Source of the DNA: Candidatus Marinacidobacterales bacterium
GTDB lineage: Bacteria; Acidobacteriota; Vicinamibacteria; Marinacidobacterales; SMYC01
DNA: 64,000 bases
Assembly (NCBI GenBank): GCA_965237955.1
Contig: OZ250169.1
Location: 6,112,001-6,176,000 of the forward strand
Direction of reading: 5' to 3'
In this document: in pieces, positions 59,898 through 64,000 of the stretch
How positions within the stretch are numbered: the stretch's first letter is position 1
Layout of the letters: the number at the start of each line of letters is the position of its first letter
Program-made: the position numbers and the translations under genes
Notes under the pieces: generated by a model
Database searches by the model: none
Told to the model about the DNA's origin: nothing
Seen by the model: the letters and a program-made list of their open reading frames with translations, nothing else

Positions 59898-62576
59898 ATG
59901 AAGGTTAGAGAGATACGGAAGCGCTTTCTCGACTACTTTGCTCAAAACGAGCACAGGGTCGTTCAGAGCTCCTCTCTCGTTCCCCTAGACGATCCCACGC
60001 TCTTGTTCGTGAACGCGGGGATGAACCAGTTCAAGGACGTCTTCCTCGGACTCGAAACCCGCGACTATCGCCGGGCGGCGACCGTTCAGAAGTGTGTCCG
60101 CGCCGGTGGCAAGCACAACGACCTCGAAAACGTCGGCGTGACCGCGCGTCACCACACGTTCTTCGAGATGCTCGGGAACTTCTCGTTCGGCGATTATTTC
60201 AAGAAAGAAGCCATCGATTTCGCGTGGAAGTTTCTCGTCGATGAGCTCGGGCTCGACCCCGAGCGACTCGCGGTCACGATTTTCGAAGGTGATGACGACG
60301 TCGAGCGCGACGGCGAAGCTCACGAATTTTGGAGCAAATACCTCCCTCCAGAAAAAATCCGGGAGCTCGGGAAAAAAGACAACTTCTGGTCCATGGGCGA
60401 CACCGGGCCGTGCGGTCCATGCTCCGAAGTGCACTTCTATCAAGGTGACGATTTCCCGTGTGACCAGCCCGAGTGTCTCGGCGTCGCTTGCGAGTGCGAT
60501 CGCTGGCTCGAGATCTGGAACCTCGTGTTCATGCAGTTCGACCGGAGCGAGGACGGAACGCTCACTCGCCTTCCCGCGCCGAGCGTGGATACCGGGATGG
60601 GGCTCGAGCGAATCGCGGCCGTCGTTCAAGGCGTCCTGAGTAACTACGATACCGACCTGTTCACGACGCTTGTGGACGCGATATGCACCCGCACCAAGAA
60701 GACGTACCGTGGCTCGAGCTCGGACGACGACGTCTCGCTGCGCGTCATTGCCGACCACGTCCGTGCCACGACGTTTCTGATCTCCGATGGTGTCATGCCC
60801 GCCAACGAGGGGCGCGGCTACGTGCTGCGCAAAATCATGCGTCGAGCCATGCGCCACGGAAAGAAACTGGGCGTCGACGAGCCGTTTCTCCACGAGCTGA
60901 CGGAGACGGTCATCGAGGAAATGCAAGACGCATATCCCGATCTGTTGCTCGGGCGCGAGTTGGTTCGCCGCGTCGTCCGCTCCGAAGAAGAGCGCTTCCG
61001 CACCACCCTCGCCACCGGCATCGCCGCTCTCGAAGAAAAACTCGCTCTGCCCGGCGTGATCGAAAAGAAAGTGCTACCGGGCGCCGACGCGTTCAAGCTT
61101 TACGACACCTTCGGCGTGCCGCTCGATCTCCTCGAAGATATCGCCGACGAATCGGGCGTCGCCATTGACCAGGACGGGTTCGAGAAGGAAATGGAAGGCC
61201 AGCGCAAGAAAGCGCGGGAGTCGTGGAAGAAGACGGCTGCGGTTCCGGATCGAACCATTTATGGTGAGCTCCGAGGACGCTTCGAGACCCGTTTCGATGG
61301 CTACGCCCACACCAAAGAAGCGGGCCGCGTGTTGGCGATGACTCGAGACGGCGTCGAAGTTTCGGAGCTTTCCCAAGGTGACGAGGGCGAAGTGTTTCTC
61401 GACACCACGCCGTTTTATCCCGAGGGTGGTGGCCAAGTTGGCGATCGAGGTGTCCTGGCCGGCCCGGACGGCGTGGCTGACGTTCTCGATACACAATCCG
61501 CCGTTGCCGGTCTCATCGCTCACCGGGTCAAAATAGCCAAGGGAACGTTGGGTCGCGACCAGCACATCACCGCAACGGTGGATCATGCACGCCGTACCGG
61601 CGCCGCTTCGCACCACACGATGACTCACATGCTCCACGCGGCTTTACGGGAAACGCTCGGCCCGCACGTCAAACAGGCCGGCTCGCTCGTGGCGCCGAAC
61701 CGGCTCCGATTCGACTTCTCCCACTTCGCGCCGCTTACACCCGGCGAGCTCGAGCAAATCGAAGGTCGCGTGAACGAGAAAATCCAAACCGACCTCGAGG
61801 TGACGTCGGAGACGCTTCCGATCGACGAAGCCCTCGCTCGCGGCGCGATCGCCTTCTTCGGCGAGAAGTACGGCGACAAAGTACGCATCGTCGAGATTCC
61901 GGAGTTCAGCCTCGAGCTTTGCGGTGGCACGCACCTCGGTCGCACCGGTGAAGCTGGACCGTTCGTGATCACGAGCGAATCATCGGTTGCTTCCGGAATC
62001 CGGCGCATCGAAGCGTTGACCGGGCTCGCTGCGGTGGCGCACTTTCGCTCGCGGCTGTCCCTCATCGAAGACGCGAGCAAGGTGTTACGTACTCGCCCGG
62101 AAGAGCTCGCGCGCGCGGCGGAGCGGCTTCGCGACGACTTGAAACAAAGAGAGCGCGAGATCGAACGCCTGAAGCTGAAGCTCGCCACGGGTACGAGCGG
62201 TCAGTCGGAGTCCGCGGAGACGACCGTAGGCGACGTGGTGATCTGGACCCCGGCGCCTCTCGAAGGCTACGGCAAGAAAGAGCATCGTCAATTCGTGGAT
62301 GCGTTCAAGGACAAAAACGCCGCAACTCCGTGGGTCGCGATCTCCGCCGCGGTGAGCGACGGTAAAGTCTCGCTCATCGTCGAAGTCTCCCCGGATCTCA
62401 CCGAGCAGATCCGCGCCGATCAGCTCATCAAGAACCTCGCCACCATCATTGAGGGACACGGGGGCGGCAAGGCCGAGCGGGCCGAGGCGGGCGGACGGTT
62501 CCCGGAACGACTTCCCGAGCTTCTAGAACGTGCGCGTGAACGGGTACGCCTCGCACTGGAGGGCCAGCGTGTCTAA
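59898..62576 (+). CDS. alaS: Alanine--tRNA ligase
   Basis: DPTLLFVNAGM, HHTFFEMLGNFSFGDYFK, DTGMGLER, HTMTH, ELCGGTH, GGGK. Confidence 0.98.
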   Translation: MKVREIRKRFLDYFAQNEHRVVQSSSLVPLDDPTLLFVNAGMNQFKDVFLGLETRDYRRAATVQKCVRAGGKHNDLENVGVTARHHTFFEMLGNFSFGDYFKKEAIDFAWKFLVDELGLDPERLAVTIFEGDDDVERDGEAHEFWSKYLPPEKIRELGKKDNFWSMGDTGPCGPCSEVHFYQGDDFPCDQPECLGVACECDRWLEIWNLVFMQFDRSEDGTLTRLPAPSVDTGMGLERIAAVVQGVLSNYDTDLFTTLVDAICTRTKKTYRGSSSDDDVSLRVIADHVRATTFLISDGVMPANEGRGYVLRKIMRRAMRHGKKLGVDEPFLHELTETVIEEMQDAYPDLLLGRELVRRVVRSEEERFRTTLATGIAALEEKLALPGVIEKKVLPGADAFKLYDTFGVPLDLLEDIADESGVAIDQDGFEKEMEGQRKKARESWKKTAAVPDRTIYGELRGRFETRFDGYAHTKEAGRVLAMTRDGVEVSELSQGDEGEVFLDTTPFYPEGGGQVGDRGVLAGPDGVADVLDTQSAVAGLIAHRVKIAKGTLGRDQHITATVDHARRTGAASHHTMTHMLHAALRETLGPHVKQAGSLVAPNRLRFDFSHFAPLTPGELEQIEGRVNEKIQTDLEVTSETLPIDEALARGAIAFFGEKYGDKVRIVEIPEFSLELCGGTHLGRTGEAGPFVITSESSVASGIRRIEALTGLAAVAHFRSRLSLIEDASKVLRTRPEELARAAERLRDDLKQREREIERLKLKLATGTSGQSESAETTVGDVVIWTPAPLEGYGKKEHRQFVDAFKDKNAATPWVAISAAVSDGKVSLIVEVSPDLTEQIRADQLIKNLATIIEGHGGGKAERAEAGGRFPERLPELLERARERVRLALEGQRV

Positions 62577-63462
62577 ATCCCCGTACATCCTGATCGGGCT
62601 TATCGGGCTTATCGTAGTCTCTACTTTTGCGGCCGCCGTCGCCGAGGCGCAGGTCTACGGTTATACGGACGAGAACGGCATCCTCATCCTTTCGAACGTT
62701 CCCACGGACGACAAAATGCGGCTCATCGCCGATGGCACCGCCGAGGAGGCGGGCAGGACATGGCGCTACTCGGGTCAATACGAGGCCATGATCATGAAAG
62801 CTTCCCGTTTGTTCGGCGTCGATTCTGCGCTCGTTCGGGCCGTCATCGCCGTCGAGTCGGCATTCAATCGCTACGCGCGCTCGCACAAAGGTGCCCGAGG
62901 TCTGATGCAGCTCATGCCAGCGACCGGGCGTCGATACGGGGTCGTGAACGCCTACGATCCGTGGCAAAACATCCGTGGCGGTACGGCGCACTTGAAGGAG
63001 CTTATCGACGAGTTCGACGACCTCAACCTCGCGCTCGCCGCCTACAACGCCGGCGCGACCCCCGTCCACCGCTACAACGGCATCCCACCGTACAAAGAAA
63101 CGCGCAACTACGTCCGCAGGGTGATGGCGATTTACCGTGCCGGCAGCAGAATCCAGATTGTCAAGGGTGGCAAAACGTATAGCATCGGCCAACCCGGCGG
63201 GAAAACTCGGGTGACGCAATTTCACGGCGGTGGAGCTCCTACCGCAAACCCCGGCGCCGCTCCGTCGACGCTCGCGGAGCTCGCCCGCCGCAACCGCCAG
63301 CGCTCCGCAACCTTCCAGAGTCCGCAGACAGCGGCACAAGTGCTTCAACAACAACAGGATACAGGCAGGCTGCTCTACTATCGCTACGTCGATCCCGAGG
63401 GGGTCGTGCGCATCACGCGCACACGACCCACCACTTATCCTTACGACGTTTTGGACCCATAA
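62569..63462 (+). CDS. Lytic transglycosylase (SLT) flanked by DUF4124-like domains
   Basis: YGYTDENG...SNVP; AVIAVES, GARGLMQLM, AAYNAG, ETRNYV; C-terminal YRYVDPEG. Confidence 0.9.
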   Translation: MSKSPYILIGLIGLIVVSTFAAAVAEAQVYGYTDENGILILSNVPTDDKMRLIADGTAEEAGRTWRYSGQYEAMIMKASRLFGVDSALVRAVIAVESAFNRYARSHKGARGLMQLMPATGRRYGVVNAYDPWQNIRGGTAHLKELIDEFDDLNLALAAYNAGATPVHRYNGIPPYKETRNYVRRVMAIYRAGSRIQIVKGGKTYSIGQPGGKTRVTQFHGGGAPTANPGAAPSTLAELARRNRQRSATFQSPQTAAQVLQQQQDTGRLLYYRYVDPEGVVRITRTRPTTYPYDVLDP

Positions 63463-63570
63463 TCAGGCGAGTTTCCGCGCGCGGGAACGGGCAAACTCTT
63501 CCCGATTTGGGACAGTATTGATTGCCTCGGTCGGTTCCCAACGCCAGGTCGAACGGATCACAAAGAGTCT

Positions 63571-64000
63571 ATGGCCAACCAATCGTCGACGCCCTTCGAT
63601 CAAGGTCTCTTTCTCGTTCATTTGAATCGAGGACGAGAGCACTTCGACAAGCGGAGCTTCGTCGACGCCGCCGAGGAGCTCGAAGAGGCCCGGCGTCTCA
63701 GGCCCGACGACGATTCCGTCCTGAACCTGCTCGGGCTCGCGTACTTCAAACAAGAGAAGTACAAGGACGCCGACTCGGTTTATCGCAAGCTCATCGAGCT
63801 CAACCCCGAGTCCTATACCCTGCACTTCAATCTCGGGCTCGTGTGTTTCAAGACCGGCGACCTCGACAACGCAGAAGCGATTTTCCTACGCGTGCTCGAG
63901 CTCAAGCCCGACAACCAGAAGACCCACTTCTATCTCGGCAACATCTACGAGAAGAAGAAGCAGTTCTATAACGCCATCTTTCAATATCGCAAAGCCGGCG
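63571..64000 (+). CDS. TPR protein (partial, runs off window)
   Basis: MANQSSTPFDQGLFLVHLNRG...VLNLLGLAYFKQEKY...LHFNLGLVCFKTG...THFYLGNIYEK. Absent from the ORF track because there is no stop. Confidence 0.88.
   Translation, partial: MANQSSTPFDQGLFLVHLNRGREHFDKRSFVDAAEELEEARRLRPDDDSVLNLLGLAYFKQEKYKDADSVYRKLIELNPESYTLHFNLGLVCFKTGDLDNAEAIFLRVLELKPDNQKTHFYLGNIYEKKKQFYNAIFQYRKAG

Noticed and set aside
1-64000. CRISPR array, rRNA, prophage or known defence system
   Set aside because: No regularly spaced repeat-spacer structure, rRNA signature, phage structural gene or defence-gene motif was seen by eye.

Overview
High-GC bacterial chromosomal window. Gene order and protein style suggest Acidobacteriota (Vicinamibacteria-like); this is an inference, no search was run. 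Three zones are visible. (1) 1-12105 is an accessory surface-protein locus on the minus strand with two tandem giant secreted-protein genes, each preceded by a sigma54-type -24/-12 motif. One reconstructs to about 2200 aa (signal peptide, DUF2341, LamG, two beta-helix modules, Ig-like, PorU/gingipain-like C25 peptidase) and is broken by three +1 frameshifts and an amber stop. The other (7 delta-60 repeats plus LamG-like, running off the window) is split by an intact IS256 element with a 9-bp target duplication. A solo IS256-type end marks the junction with core genes. (2) 12109-52405 is mostly intact core genes: two CDP-alcohol phosphatidyltransferases, copA, def-fmt, GGDEF/EAL, LonC-like protease, rsmB-PASTA-rpe-epimerase-bamD-LysM, tRNA-Gly(CCC), bactofilin, ald and hrcA-grpE-dnaK-dnaJ-prmA-rsmE. 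prmA is interrupted by an IS3 element, and an internally deleted thioesterase sits hidden after rpe. (3) 52402-57057 is a cluster of six gene remnants, followed by a zinc-ribbon Ser/Thr kinase divergent from pilT-recX-alaS-lytic transglycosylase-TPR. No CRISPR array or rRNA was seen. All family assignments come from motif recognition by eye.
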